A stretch of DNA of 64,000 bases. It comes from Acidimicrobiaceae bacterium. GTDB taxonomy: Bacteria; Actinomycetota; Acidimicrobiia; Acidimicrobiales; UBA8190. The notes below the pieces were generated by a model. The model did not search any database. It was not told the origin of the DNA and saw only the letters and a program-made list of their open reading frames with translations. A program made the translations under genes and the position numbers. The stretch lies in NCBI GenBank assembly GCA_003151475.1, contig PLXQ01000018.1, forward strand, positions 1 to 64,000, given 5' to 3'. This document shows, one piece after another, positions 47,345 to 57,667 of the stretch; position 1 is the stretch's first letter, and every line of letters begins with the position of its first letter.

Positions 47345-48681
47345 GAGCCGCTCCCCGCGCCGTCACCGGCCAGGTGGGCGAGATGGTCGGCGAAGGCCCG
47401 GTAGCTGGTGACGACGGACTCGAAGCCCGAGATCCGTGACGGCCCCGCGGTGTCGGCCGTGGTGTCGGCCACGGCGGCGGCGATGGCGCCGGCCATGGCC
47501 ATCCGGTGGTCCCCGCCGGCGTCGAAGTTCCCCGGCGACAGAGACGGTGATCCGTGCACCACCAGATCGTCGCCCTCGGTATCGGCCGATCCGCCGAAGG
47601 CCCGCACCAGAGCGACCACGGCCGAAAGGCGGTCCGACTCCTTCACCCGCAGCTCGCCCACGCCCGAGAAGACGCTCGTGCCCTTGGCGCAGGCGGCGGC
47701 CACGGCCAGCACAGGCACCTCGTCGAGGCCGGTGATCTCGGACGCGTCCACGGCGGCGGCCCGAAGCGGCCCGAAGCGGGCCCGCAGGGTGGCGGTGGCG
47801 GCCAGGGAACGGGCGCCGGTCTCGGGCTGCTCTTCGATGTCGGCTCCCATACGCCGGAGAACATCGAGATAACCCCGCCGTCCCGGACCCACGTAGACGC
47901 TCGGCACCGTGATATCGCTGCCCGCCACGACGCAGCCGGCCACCATCCAGAAAGCGGCCTGGGACGGGTCACCGGGGATGTCGATCTCGAAGGGCCGCAG
48001 GGCACTGGCCCGCAGTCGCACTACGTGGGTGCCATCGTCGCCGTCCTCGACGGTCATGTCGGCCCCGCAGAGCGCCAACATCTCCTCGGTGTGGAGCCGG
48101 GTGGCCACCCGCTCGCGCACGACCGTCTCCCCCTCGGCGCGCAGCGCGGCCAGCAAGACGCACGATTTCACCTGGGCGCTGGCCATGGGCGGGCTGTAGT
48201 CGATCCCGTGAAGTGCCCCGCCGTGGATGGTGAGAGGCGGCAGCACCCTCGCCCCGGTCCCGTGCACCTCCGCCCCCATCAGCCGCAACGGGATGGCCAC
48301 CCGGTCCATCGGCCGCGTCGACAGGGAGGCGTCGCCCCCCATCACCACGGTGAAGTCCCAGCCGGCCACGAGCCCGGCCAGCAGCCGGATGGTGGTGCCG
48401 GAATTGCCGACGTCCAGCGGACCCGACGGCGCCTTCATCCGGTCGGGCCCCCCGGTGATCCGCTCCCCGTTCATCTCGGCGCCGAGGGCGGCGATGGCGG
48501 CCGCCGTCCGCTGCACGTCGTCGCCGTCGGACAGCCCCCGCACGACCGATGTCCCGTCGGCCACGGCGGCCAGCAGAAGCGCCCGGTGCGAGATCGACTT
48601 GTCACCGGGGACGGTGACCGTGCCCGTGAGGGGCCGACCCCCGGCCACGAGGAGGACGGACTCCGGTGGCTTCTCTGTCAT
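47341..48681 (-). CDS. aroA: 3-phosphoshikimate 1-carboxyvinyltransferase (EPSP synthase)
   Basis: LDVGNSGTTIRLL and other EPSP synthase motifs. Start placed at the last of four repeat-encoded Mets (MTEKPPESV, ATG 48681); Mets at 48699, 48717 and 48735 are alternatives. Confidence 0.9.
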   Translation of the reverse strand: MTEKPPESVLLVAGGRPLTGTVTVPGDKSISHRALLLAAVADGTSVVRGLSDGDDVQRTAAAIAALGAEMNGERITGGPDRMKAPSGPLDVGNSGTTIRLLAGLVAGWDFTVVMGGDASLSTRPMDRVAIPLRLMGAEVHGTGARVLPPLTIHGGALHGIDYSPPMASAQVKSCVLLAALRAEGETVVRERVATRLHTEEMLALCGADMTVEDGDDGTHVVRLRASALRPFEIDIPGDPSQAAFWMVAGCVVAGSDITVPSVYVGPGRRGYLDVLRRMGADIEEQPETGARSLAATATLRARFGPLRAAAVDASEITGLDEVPVLAVAAACAKGTSVFSGVGELRVKESDRLSAVVALVRAFGGSADTEGDDLVVHGSPSLSPGNFDAGGDHRMAMAGAIAAAVADTTADTAGPSRISGFESVVTSYRAFADHLAHLAGDGAGSGS

Positions 48682-48749
48682 TGGAGGTTGCGGGGTCATT
48701 GGAGGTTGCGGGGTCATTGGAGGTTGCGGGGTCATTGGAGGTTGCGGGC
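48678..48749. repeat. Tandem 18-bp repeat x4 (tcattggaggttgcgggg) at the tyrA 3' end / aroA 5' end
   Basis: Read directly at 48678..48749. On the coding (minus) strand each unit is ATGACCCCGCAACCTCCA, encoding MTPQPP in the aroA frame. Confidence 0.9.
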
Positions 48750-49817
48750 CGTGGCCCGGTAGGCGCGTCCGTGCAGCGCCTCGACCAGCCGCTCGGAACC
48801 GTCGGCGTCGACCACCAGCACGAGCACGCCCCGGTCGCCCTCGGCGCTGTGGGCGATCTCCAGGTCGGCGATGTTGACGCCCAGATCCCCGGCCAGGGTG
48901 GTGATCTCCGACAGCACCCCGGGACGGTCGGGCACGGGCACCCGGATCTCGCTCAGCCGCTCGGGCCGCACGGCGCGCGAGGGCAGCGACCGACGGGCCG
49001 TGGCCGCGTGCTCGAGCACGTCGAGCAAGCCGGCTCGGTCCCCGTTGGCCACCCGGTCGCGCATGGCCGAGAGATCGGCCAGCAAGATGTCGAAGGCCTC
49101 GACGATGGCCGGCGCGTTGTCGGCGCACACGTCGGGCCAGATCCCGGGCTGCCCCGCGGCGATCCGGGTCATGTCCCGGAAGCCACCGGCGGCCAGCCGC
49201 AGCAGTGCGGCGTGCTTCTCGGCCTTGCGGTCGGCCAGGTTCATCAGCGTGGCGGCGGTCAGGTGGGGAACGTGCGACACCACGGCCACGAGCGCATCGT
49301 GTTGCTCGGGCGAGAGCGCCACCACTTCGGCTCCGAGGGAGACGACCACGGCCTGCAACCGGGCATAGGAGCCGGGATCGGTGATGGCCGTCGGCGTGAG
49401 CACCCAGGTGGCGCCGACGAAGAGCTCCCCGTCGGCGCCGTCCAGCCCCACCTGCTCGGAGCCGGCCATGGGGTGGCCGCCCACGAAACGCGGATCGCCG
49501 ACCGACGCCACCACCGGACCCTTCACCCCGGCCACGTCGGTGACGACGGCATCGCCGCGCAGACCGACCTGGCCCAGTACAGCCGCCACCTCCTTGGCCA
49601 CGGCGTCGACGGGGGTGGCCACGAAGGTCACCTGGGCGGCGGGATCGAACCCGACGGCGTCGATGGCCCCGGCGGCCAGCGCTTGGGCGGCCCGGTCCGG
49701 ATCGGCGTCGTGGCCCGTCACGTGCCAGCCCCGGGCCCGCAGCGCCAGACCGATGGAACCCCCGATCAGCCCCGTGCCGATGACGGCGGCGCGATCGGCT
49801 GTGCTCGGGGAGGCCAT
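48732..49817 (-). CDS. tyrA: Prephenate dehydrogenase with C-terminal ACT domain
   Basis: Rossmann motif VIGTGLIGGSIGLAL and the prephenate dehydrogenase core. Confidence 0.9.
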   Translation of the reverse strand: MASPSTADRAAVIGTGLIGGSIGLALRARGWHVTGHDADPDRAAQALAAGAIDAVGFDPAAQVTFVATPVDAVAKEVAAVLGQVGLRGDAVVTDVAGVKGPVVASVGDPRFVGGHPMAGSEQVGLDGADGELFVGATWVLTPTAITDPGSYARLQAVVVSLGAEVVALSPEQHDALVAVVSHVPHLTAATLMNLADRKAEKHAALLRLAAGGFRDMTRIAAGQPGIWPDVCADNAPAIVEAFDILLADLSAMRDRVANGDRAGLLDVLEHAATARRSLPSRAVRPERLSEIRVPVPDRPGVLSEITTLAGDLGVNIADLEIAHSAEGDRGVLVLVVDADGSERLVEALHGRAYRATARNLQ

Positions 49818-49829
49818 GGCCCCCGCATG

Positions 49830-50651
49830 CTACCGACCGCCGCCCCGGCCCTTACCGGGCTTCGCCCTCTTACCAGGGCCGTCGCGCCGGCCGGCGGCCG
49901 ACGCCAGGTCCCTCACTTCGGTGAGGGTAAGCGGCCGCCACTCTCCGGGCCCGAGCCCCCGTTCGGTCAGCGGCCCGATCCGCGTCCGCACCAACCGCCG
50001 CACGGGGTGGCCCACGGCTTCGGTCATCCGCCGGATCTGCCGGTTGCGGCCTTCGTGGATCACGATCCGCAGCACTCCGGGCGAGAGCACCCCCACGGTG
50101 GCGGGGGCGGTCATCCCGTCGTCGAGCTCGATTCCCTGCCGCAAGCTCCGCAGGGCGCCGGCCGACGGCACCCCCTCCACCTCGGCCAGGTACTCCTTCT
50201 CCACCCCGAACGACGGATGGGTGAGCCGCTGGGCCAGGTCGCCGTCGTTGGTCAGGATCAGAAGCCCCTCGCTGTCGGCGTCGAGCCGCCCCACGGGAAA
50301 CACCCGCGGTTCACCAGGGACGAGGGCCATCACCGTGGGCCGGCCGTGGGGATCGTCGGCCGTGGTCAGCACCCCCGCCGGCTTGTTCAGCACGTAGTGC
50401 ACGAGCCCCGGTAGGAGGGGCAGAAGCACCCCGTCGAGCTCCACTCGGTCGACAGCCGGATCGACCCGTTGGCCCAAGATGGCCTTCTCGCCGTTCACCC
50501 GCACCCGGCCGTCGGCGATCAGCTCTTCGCAGGCCCGCCGGCTCCCGAGGCCCACCCGGGCCAACACCTTCTGCAGTCGTTGCGCCCCCGCTTCGGGGAG
50601 CTCTGCCTCGGGGGGCTCCGGCTCAGACCGTGGACCTTTCGCCTCAGGCAT
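49830..50651 (-). CDS. rluB: Pseudouridine synthase, RsuA/RluB family
   Basis: S4 domain plus catalytic motif GRLDADSEGLLILTNDG. Confidence 0.9.
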   Translation of the reverse strand: MPEAKGPRSEPEPPEAELPEAGAQRLQKVLARVGLGSRRACEELIADGRVRVNGEKAILGQRVDPAVDRVELDGVLLPLLPGLVHYVLNKPAGVLTTADDPHGRPTVMALVPGEPRVFPVGRLDADSEGLLILTNDGDLAQRLTHPSFGVEKEYLAEVEGVPSAGALRSLRQGIELDDGMTAPATVGVLSPGVLRIVIHEGRNRQIRRMTEAVGHPVRRLVRTRIGPLTERGLGPGEWRPLTLTEVRDLASAAGRRDGPGKRAKPGKGRGGGR

Positions 50652-51225
50652 CGGCGCCCGGACGCAGGCGCTCCTCGAGTTCCTCCATGGCGTCGGGCCC
50701 GGGCAGCAGATCCTCCACCGGCGGGAGCTGGTCGAGCGACGCCAGCCCGAGCTTCTCTAAGAACGCCGGCGTGGTGCCGTAGAGAGCGGGCTGGCCCGGT
50801 CCCTGGGCGTGACCCACCGCCGCGATGTAGCCCCGCTGCTCGAGCAGCCGCACCACCCCGTCGACGTTCACCCCCCGCAGCGCGGCGATCTGGCCCCGCG
50901 ACACCGGTTGCCGGTAGGCGATGATGGCCAGGGATTCGAGGGCGGCCGACGACAGCCGCGACGACACCCCTTCCAGGGCAAACCGTTCGACGAAGGGCGC
51001 CATCTCGGGATGGGTCTGGTAGCGGTAGCCGCCGGCGATGTGGGCCAGGACGAAACCCCGGCCCTCGGCTTCGTAGCCCGCCGCCAACTCGGCGCAGGCC
51101 GCTTCCACCCGTTCGACGGGGAGCTCGAGCAACTCGGCCAGCAGCGTGGCCGGCACCGGTTCGACGGCCGAGAGCACCACGGCCTCGATGGCCCGGTGCT
51201 CCTCAGGAAGTGCCATCTCGCCCAT
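50644..51225 (-). CDS. scpB: Segregation and condensation protein B
   Basis: ScpB winged-helix repeats (IEAVVLSAVEPVPATLLAELL; IIAYRQPVSRGQIAALRGV). Start trimmed to MGEMALPEE. Confidence 0.9.
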   Translation of the reverse strand: MGEMALPEEHRAIEAVVLSAVEPVPATLLAELLELPVERVEAACAELAAGYEAEGRGFVLAHIAGGYRYQTHPEMAPFVERFALEGVSSRLSSAALESLAIIAYRQPVSRGQIAALRGVNVDGVVRLLEQRGYIAAVGHAQGPGQPALYGTTPAFLEKLGLASLDQLPPVEDLLPGPDAMEELEERLRPGADA

Positions 51226-51242
51226 ACTCCGGTCGCCCGAAC

Positions 51243-52118
51243 TCAGCCGTCGTACTCCTCGGCCCCGTCGCCGACGGTGACCGTTGACAGCGCGTGGGCG
51301 GGGGCGGGGGCGGTCCAGGTGACGGCCAGGTCGCCGAAGATCTCGCCCTGGTCGAGCGAGATCCATCCCCGCTTGCACAGCTCGAGCAGGGCCAGGAAGC
51401 GCACGATGACCTGCATCCGCGTGCTGCAGTGGGCCGTGAGCGTCCGGAAGCTGACGGTGCCCGCCCCGGGCAGGCGCCCTTCGAGCTCGTTGACCGCTTC
51501 GGACACGGTCACCGCTTCGACGGTCACGTGCGAGAGGTCGAGGATCAGCTCCGGCCGCGGGGCCGATCCGATCAGGAAGGCGGCGGCCAGCTTGTCGGGG
51601 GTGATGCCGGCCAGCAGGTCGGGGGCCATGTCCCGGAACGGCTCGTCCAGGCCGGCGGCGCGCGGCAACGACTTCGCCGCGTATTCGATGAGCACGGCGA
51701 AGGCGTCGGAAGCCGCGGCGTAGGCCTGCAGCTCGAGCAGTCGGGCGAGCAGCCGGTCGCGCTCCTCGAAGCCCGACAACTCCTCGTCGTCATCCACCTC
51801 GTCGGGACCGGGCAGCAGCTTCCGGCTCTTCAGCTCCACCAAGATGGCGGCGATCACCAGGAACTCAGTGGTCACCTGCAGGTCGAGCGTCTCCATAGTG
51901 GCCAGCTCGGCCAGGAAGGCGTCGACGATATCGGCCAGCGGGATCTCGTAGATGTCGAGCTTGTGCTCGGAGATCAATTGCAGCAGCACGTCACAAGGCC
52001 CCTCGAAAACAGGCGTGGAGACGAGCGCGACCACGTGGCCGACGTTACCGTTTTCTCCACCCACCGCCGTGCATGGCCGCTGAGCAGGGGGCTGGTCTCC
52101 CGTACCATGTCGCCCCAT
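51243..52118 (-). CDS. scpA: Segregation and condensation protein A
   Basis: ScpA motif FEGPCDVLLQLISEHKLDIYEIPLADI; upstream of scpB. Confidence 0.85.
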   Translation of the reverse strand: MGRHGTGDQPPAQRPCTAVGGENGNVGHVVALVSTPVFEGPCDVLLQLISEHKLDIYEIPLADIVDAFLAELATMETLDLQVTTEFLVIAAILVELKSRKLLPGPDEVDDDEELSGFEERDRLLARLLELQAYAAASDAFAVLIEYAAKSLPRAAGLDEPFRDMAPDLLAGITPDKLAAAFLIGSAPRPELILDLSHVTVEAVTVSEAVNELEGRLPGAGTVSFRTLTAHCSTRMQVIVRFLALLELCKRGWISLDQGEIFGDLAVTWTAPAPAHALSTVTVGDGAEEYDG

Positions 52119-53100
52119 GGCCAGAATCCTGTCAGGCGTCCAACCGAGCGGCGAGGTCCACCTCGGGAATTACCTGGGGGCGCTGCGCCAGTGGGTGGCT
52201 TTCCAGCATGACAACGACGCCTTCTTCTGCGTCGTCGACCTCCACGCGCTGGCCCAGGAGCACGACACGGCGCTGTTGGCCAGCCGCACCCTGGAAGCGG
52301 CCACCCAACTCCTGGCCGCCGGTCTCGACCCCTCGGCCTGCACCATCTTCGCCCAGTCCCATGTCCCGGAACACCCCCGCCTGGCCTGGCTCCTCGAATG
52401 CACGGCCACCGTCGGCGAGCTCCGCCGGATGACGCAGTTCAAGGACAAGGGGGGCGAGTCCGAGTCCGTGCGTGTCGGTCTCTTCACCTACCCCGTGCTC
52501 CAGGCGGCCGACATCTTGCTCTACGACGCCGAGCTGGTACCCGTGGGAGATGACCAGCGCCAGCATCTCGAGCTCACCCGGGACCTGGCCGTGCGTTTCA
52601 ACCACCACCACGGCGACACCTTCGTCGTCCCCCAGGCGGCCGTCCCCACCTTCGCGGCGCGCGTCATGGACCTCCAGGAACCGACCCGCAAAATGTCGAA
52701 GTCGGTCAGCTCGCCGCTCGGCACCGTCCTCGTCCTCGACCGTCCCCAGGAGATCGACCGCAAGATCCGCAAAGCGGTGACCGACACCGAGACCTCGGTG
52801 CGCTACGACCCGGAGAAGAAGCCCGGCGTCTCCAACCTTCTCGAGCTCCTGGCCGCCTCCACCGGGGGCGACCCCGCCGTCCTGGCCGACGACTACACCA
52901 GCTACGGACCGCTCAAGGCCGACGTGGCCGAGGCCGTGATCGCGCTGCTCCAACCGGTCCAGGAGCGCTACCAGGAGCTGAAGGCCCAGCCCGACTACGT
53001 CGCGAAGGTCCTGGCCGACGGAGCCGCCAAGGCCCACACCGTGGCGGCGGTCACCCTCGACCGGGCCATGCGGGCCATGGGCCTTCTCCCGCCCCGATAG
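52117..53100 (+). CDS. trpS: Tryptophan--tRNA ligase
   Basis: Class I motifs (GVQPSGEVHLGNYLG; KMSKS). Divergent from scpA with back-to-back start codons. Confidence 0.95.
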   Translation: MARILSGVQPSGEVHLGNYLGALRQWVAFQHDNDAFFCVVDLHALAQEHDTALLASRTLEAATQLLAAGLDPSACTIFAQSHVPEHPRLAWLLECTATVGELRRMTQFKDKGGESESVRVGLFTYPVLQAADILLYDAELVPVGDDQRQHLELTRDLAVRFNHHHGDTFVVPQAAVPTFAARVMDLQEPTRKMSKSVSSPLGTVLVLDRPQEIDRKIRKAVTDTETSVRYDPEKKPGVSNLLELLAASTGGDPAVLADDYTSYGPLKADVAEAVIALLQPVQERYQELKAQPDYVAKVLADGAAKAHTVAAVTLDRAMRAMGLLPPR

Positions 53101-53128
53101 ACGCTCCCCTTTACAGGCCCAGGACCTT

Positions 53129-53887
53129 TTACAGGCCCAGCACCCGGGCCCACTCGTTGGCCACCCAGTTGAAGAAGGTGTAGAGAGCGTTGCGGTCGAA
53201 CACCACGAGCAGAAGCGGGAGAAACATCGTGTACGGCCTGATCCGGTAGTACCCGGGCAACAGACGAGCGGGCAGCAACCGTTCGACGACGGCCGATCCG
53301 TCGAGCGGCGGCAACGGGATCAGATTGAACGCGGCCAGGAGCACATTCACGTAACCGGCGATGAAGAGGAACTGCGCCCACAGGGGCTCGGGGGCGAATC
53401 CCGCCTGGATCTGCTGCGAGACGCTGAATTTCCACGCCAGGCCCAAGATCACGGCCAGCACGACGTTCACGGCGGGACCGACCAGGGCCACGGCCACGTT
53501 CTCGTTGCGCGGGTGACGAAGGCGCGACACGTTCACCGGCACCGGTTTGGCCCACCCGATCACTCCCGCCCCCGACAGCGCCAACAGCGCGGGCAGGATG
53601 ATCGTGCCGAACGGGTCGATGTGCGGGAGGGGGTTCAGGGTGAGCCGCCCGGCCCGCTTGGCCGTATCGTCGCCGAAAACCAGCGCCAACGCCCCGTGGG
53701 AGATCTCGTGGAGGATGACCGACGGGATCAAGGCGCAGAAGAGCAGGACCTCTTCGGTATGGATGGTGTGGGCCCGGGCGAGCACCACCACCAGGGCGAT
53801 GCCGGCTATGGCCCAGGCCAGGGTCCGGGGGTTGATGTTCGGGCCGCGCCGCGGACCCTGCGGGGCGGGGCCCCAGGGGTTGCTCAC
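53129..53887 (-). CDS. Site-2 protease family (M50) membrane metalloprotease
   Basis: HEISH zinc motif inside TM helices plus a second LDG motif region. Confidence 0.85.
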   Translation of the reverse strand: MSNPWGPAPQGPRRGPNINPRTLAWAIAGIALVVVLARAHTIHTEEVLLFCALIPSVILHEISHGALALVFGDDTAKRAGRLTLNPLPHIDPFGTIILPALLALSGAGVIGWAKPVPVNVSRLRHPRNENVAVALVGPAVNVVLAVILGLAWKFSVSQQIQAGFAPEPLWAQFLFIAGYVNVLLAAFNLIPLPPLDGSAVVERLLPARLLPGYYRIRPYTMFLPLLLVVFDRNALYTFFNWVANEWARVLGL

Positions 53888-53892
53888 TTACG

Positions 53893-54232
53893 TCAGTGTT
53901 TCGCGACGCAGTCGATGCAGTACCTCGCCGCCGGCTTCGCTTCGAGGCGCAGGGGGTCGATGGGCCGTCCGCAGTCTTCGCAGTCACCGTATTTCCCACC
54001 CGACAACTTGCCGAGGGCCCGCTCCACCCCCGAGAGGGTCTCGCGCAGCTGCCCGGCCAGAGCCTCCACCTCGCCCCGTTCGGCCGTCACCTGGCTCGAG
54101 TCGGCGAAATTGGAGTCGTAGGTCAGGCTGTCACCGCCGATGCCGAGCTCCTCGAGCTTGGCCCGGAGGTCCCGCTGCTCCTCCTCGAGTAGGGCGCGGT
54201 AATCCACCGTCGACGAGTCATTGGGCACGGAA
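53893..54232 (-). CDS. DksA/TraR-family C4 zinc-finger protein
   Basis: C-terminal CEDCGRPIDPLRLEAKPAARYCIDC four-Cys finger and coiled-coil N-terminus. Start set at GTG 54232, just after the xerD stop; the longer ORF 53893..54618 overlaps xerD in another frame. Confidence 0.65.
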
Positions 54233-54250
54233 ATGAGGATACTGCCTGGA

Positions 54251-55186
54251 CTAACGCCGGGAGCGCGGGTGGGCCTGCTCATAGGCCTGGCGCAGGTGGC
54301 TGAGAGACACCCGGGTGTAGATCTGGGTGGTGGCGATGGAGACATGGCCGAGCAGCTCCTGGACGACCCGGATATCGGCCCCGTGGGCCAGCATGTGGGT
54401 AGCGCAGGAGTGGCGCAGGACGTGGGGGTGGACCTTGTCCTCGAGGCCGGCGGCCCGGGCCCGCTTCTTGAGCACGCCCCAGATCCCCTGCCGGGTGAGC
54501 CGCCCGCCCCGGGTATTGAGGAACACGGCCTCGGCGTCGCCCCGCCGGGCCCAGCGACGGGGCTCGAACCGGGGCCGCCCGCCGGGAGCGAGCCACTGCT
54601 CCAGCGCCGCCGTGGCACAGCGCCCCAGGGGGACGAGCCGTTCCTTCGAGCCCTTCCCGAGCACCCGCACGAGGCCGGTGTCTGACCCGAGGTCGCCGAG
54701 CGACAGACCGGCCAGCTCCGACACCCGCATGCCGGTGCCGTAGAGGACCTCGAGCATGGCCCGGTCGCGTTTGTCCGCCGCTTCGTCGCCCGAGGCGGCG
54801 TCGAGCAGCCGCTCGGTCTCCTCCTCCGACAGCGCCTTCGGCAGCCGGCGGGTCAGGCCCGCCGGCCGGACCTCGGTGGTCGGATCGGTCTGCGCCCAGC
54901 GCTCCTCCAGCCGGAAGCGGTGCAGACCGCGCACGGCGGCCTGGGCGCGCGCCACCGAGGCGGGCCCGAGCCCCGACGCCCTTTGGGCGGCCACGTAGTC
55001 CTCGACGATGGCCGGATCGGCGTCGTCCACACTGCGCCCGCGCCCGGCCAGGTAGCTCTCGTAGACGACCAGGTCGCGCCGGTACGACACCAGGGTGTTG
55101 CGGGCCCGCCCCTGTTCGACGGCCAACCACGTCAGGTACTCCTCGGCGCTGGGGCTCAACTCGGCGCTCATGATGGCCCTCGACAT
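54251..55186 (-). CDS. xerD: Site-specific tyrosine recombinase XerD
   Basis: Catalytic R..HxxR..Y context (RHSCATHMLAHGADIRVVQELLGHVSIATTQIYT). The pyrG-nudix-xerD synteny is typical of actinobacteria. Confidence 0.9.
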   Translation of the reverse strand: MSRAIMSAELSPSAEEYLTWLAVEQGRARNTLVSYRRDLVVYESYLAGRGRSVDDADPAIVEDYVAAQRASGLGPASVARAQAAVRGLHRFRLEERWAQTDPTTEVRPAGLTRRLPKALSEEETERLLDAASGDEAADKRDRAMLEVLYGTGMRVSELAGLSLGDLGSDTGLVRVLGKGSKERLVPLGRCATAALEQWLAPGGRPRFEPRRWARRGDAEAVFLNTRGGRLTRQGIWGVLKKRARAAGLEDKVHPHVLRHSCATHMLAHGADIRVVQELLGHVSIATTQIYTRVSLSHLRQAYEQAHPRSRR

Positions 55187-55197
55187 GGCGAGCGACG

Positions 55198-55866
55198 TCA
55201 GCCGGCGGTGTCGTCCGGCGCGGTGTTGCCCGGCGCGGTGTCGTCCGGCGCGGTGTCGTCCGGCGTGTCGGCCACGGCATCGCGGGCCAGGGCATCGCGG
55301 GCCAGGGCATCGCGGGCCAGGAGGAGACCGAGGATGGTCTGGGCGTCGATCAGGTCTCCCGCGGCCACCAGCGCGTCGGTGTCGGCAAGGGGAACGCTGA
55401 CCACCTCCATGTGCTGCTCCTCGACGCCGTCACGGTCGTGCTGTCCGGGCTCGAGGGCGGTGGCCAGGTAGAGAAAGGTCTCCTCGTCGCAGAAGCCGGG
55501 GCTGTTGAACATGGTCCCGAGGAGCTCGAGCCGGCCGGCGTGGACGCCCACCTCTTCGAGCAGCTCGCGGCGCGCCGTCTCCTCGGGCGGCTCACCGTCG
55601 ACGTCGCGGGTGCCGGCGGGGATCTCAAGCAGCTCCCGATCGACGGCGCCGCGGTACTGGCGCACGAGCAGGACGTCACCGGTACCGGTGACAGCCACGA
55701 CGGCCACCGCTCCGGGATGGCGGACGATGTCGCGGATGAACTCGGTGCCGTCGGGGGCGGAGAAGGTCGCCTCGACCACCGAGATGCGCCAGCCGGTGAA
55801 CTTCACGGTCTCGCCCACAGGGCGGAATCCCGCGGACGGGCCCGTGGGGGACGGTCCCTCGGCCAC
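55198..55866 (-). CDS. NUDIX hydrolase (ADP-ribose pyrophosphatase-like) with repetitive C-terminal tail
   Basis: Nudix box ARRELLEEVGV. Start set at GTG 55866, 15 nt after the pyrG stop; the upstream extension of ORF 55198..56394 is the alternate frame of pyrG. The tail ARDALARDALARDAVADTPDDTAPDDTAPGNTAPDDTAG is encoded by 15-bp tandem repeats. Confidence 0.8.
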   Translation of the reverse strand: MAEGPSPTGPSAGFRPVGETVKFTGWRISVVEATFSAPDGTEFIRDIVRHPGAVAVVAVTGTGDVLLVRQYRGAVDRELLEIPAGTRDVDGEPPEETARRELLEEVGVHAGRLELLGTMFNSPGFCDEETFLYLATALEPGQHDRDGVEEQHMEVVSVPLADTDALVAAGDLIDAQTILGLLLARDALARDALARDAVADTPDDTAPDDTAPGNTAPDDTAG

Positions 55867-55880
55867 GGCGATCAGCTGCG

Positions 55881-57569
<1,689 letters not shown>

Positions 57570-57667
57570 TTAGACGACGGGTGGTCGGCGGCGGGGGAAC
57601 ATCGTCACCGCCCTTGCATCATCATCGGGCCGTCGGCTTCGTCGGCGCCCTCGACGCCGTGGCCCTC

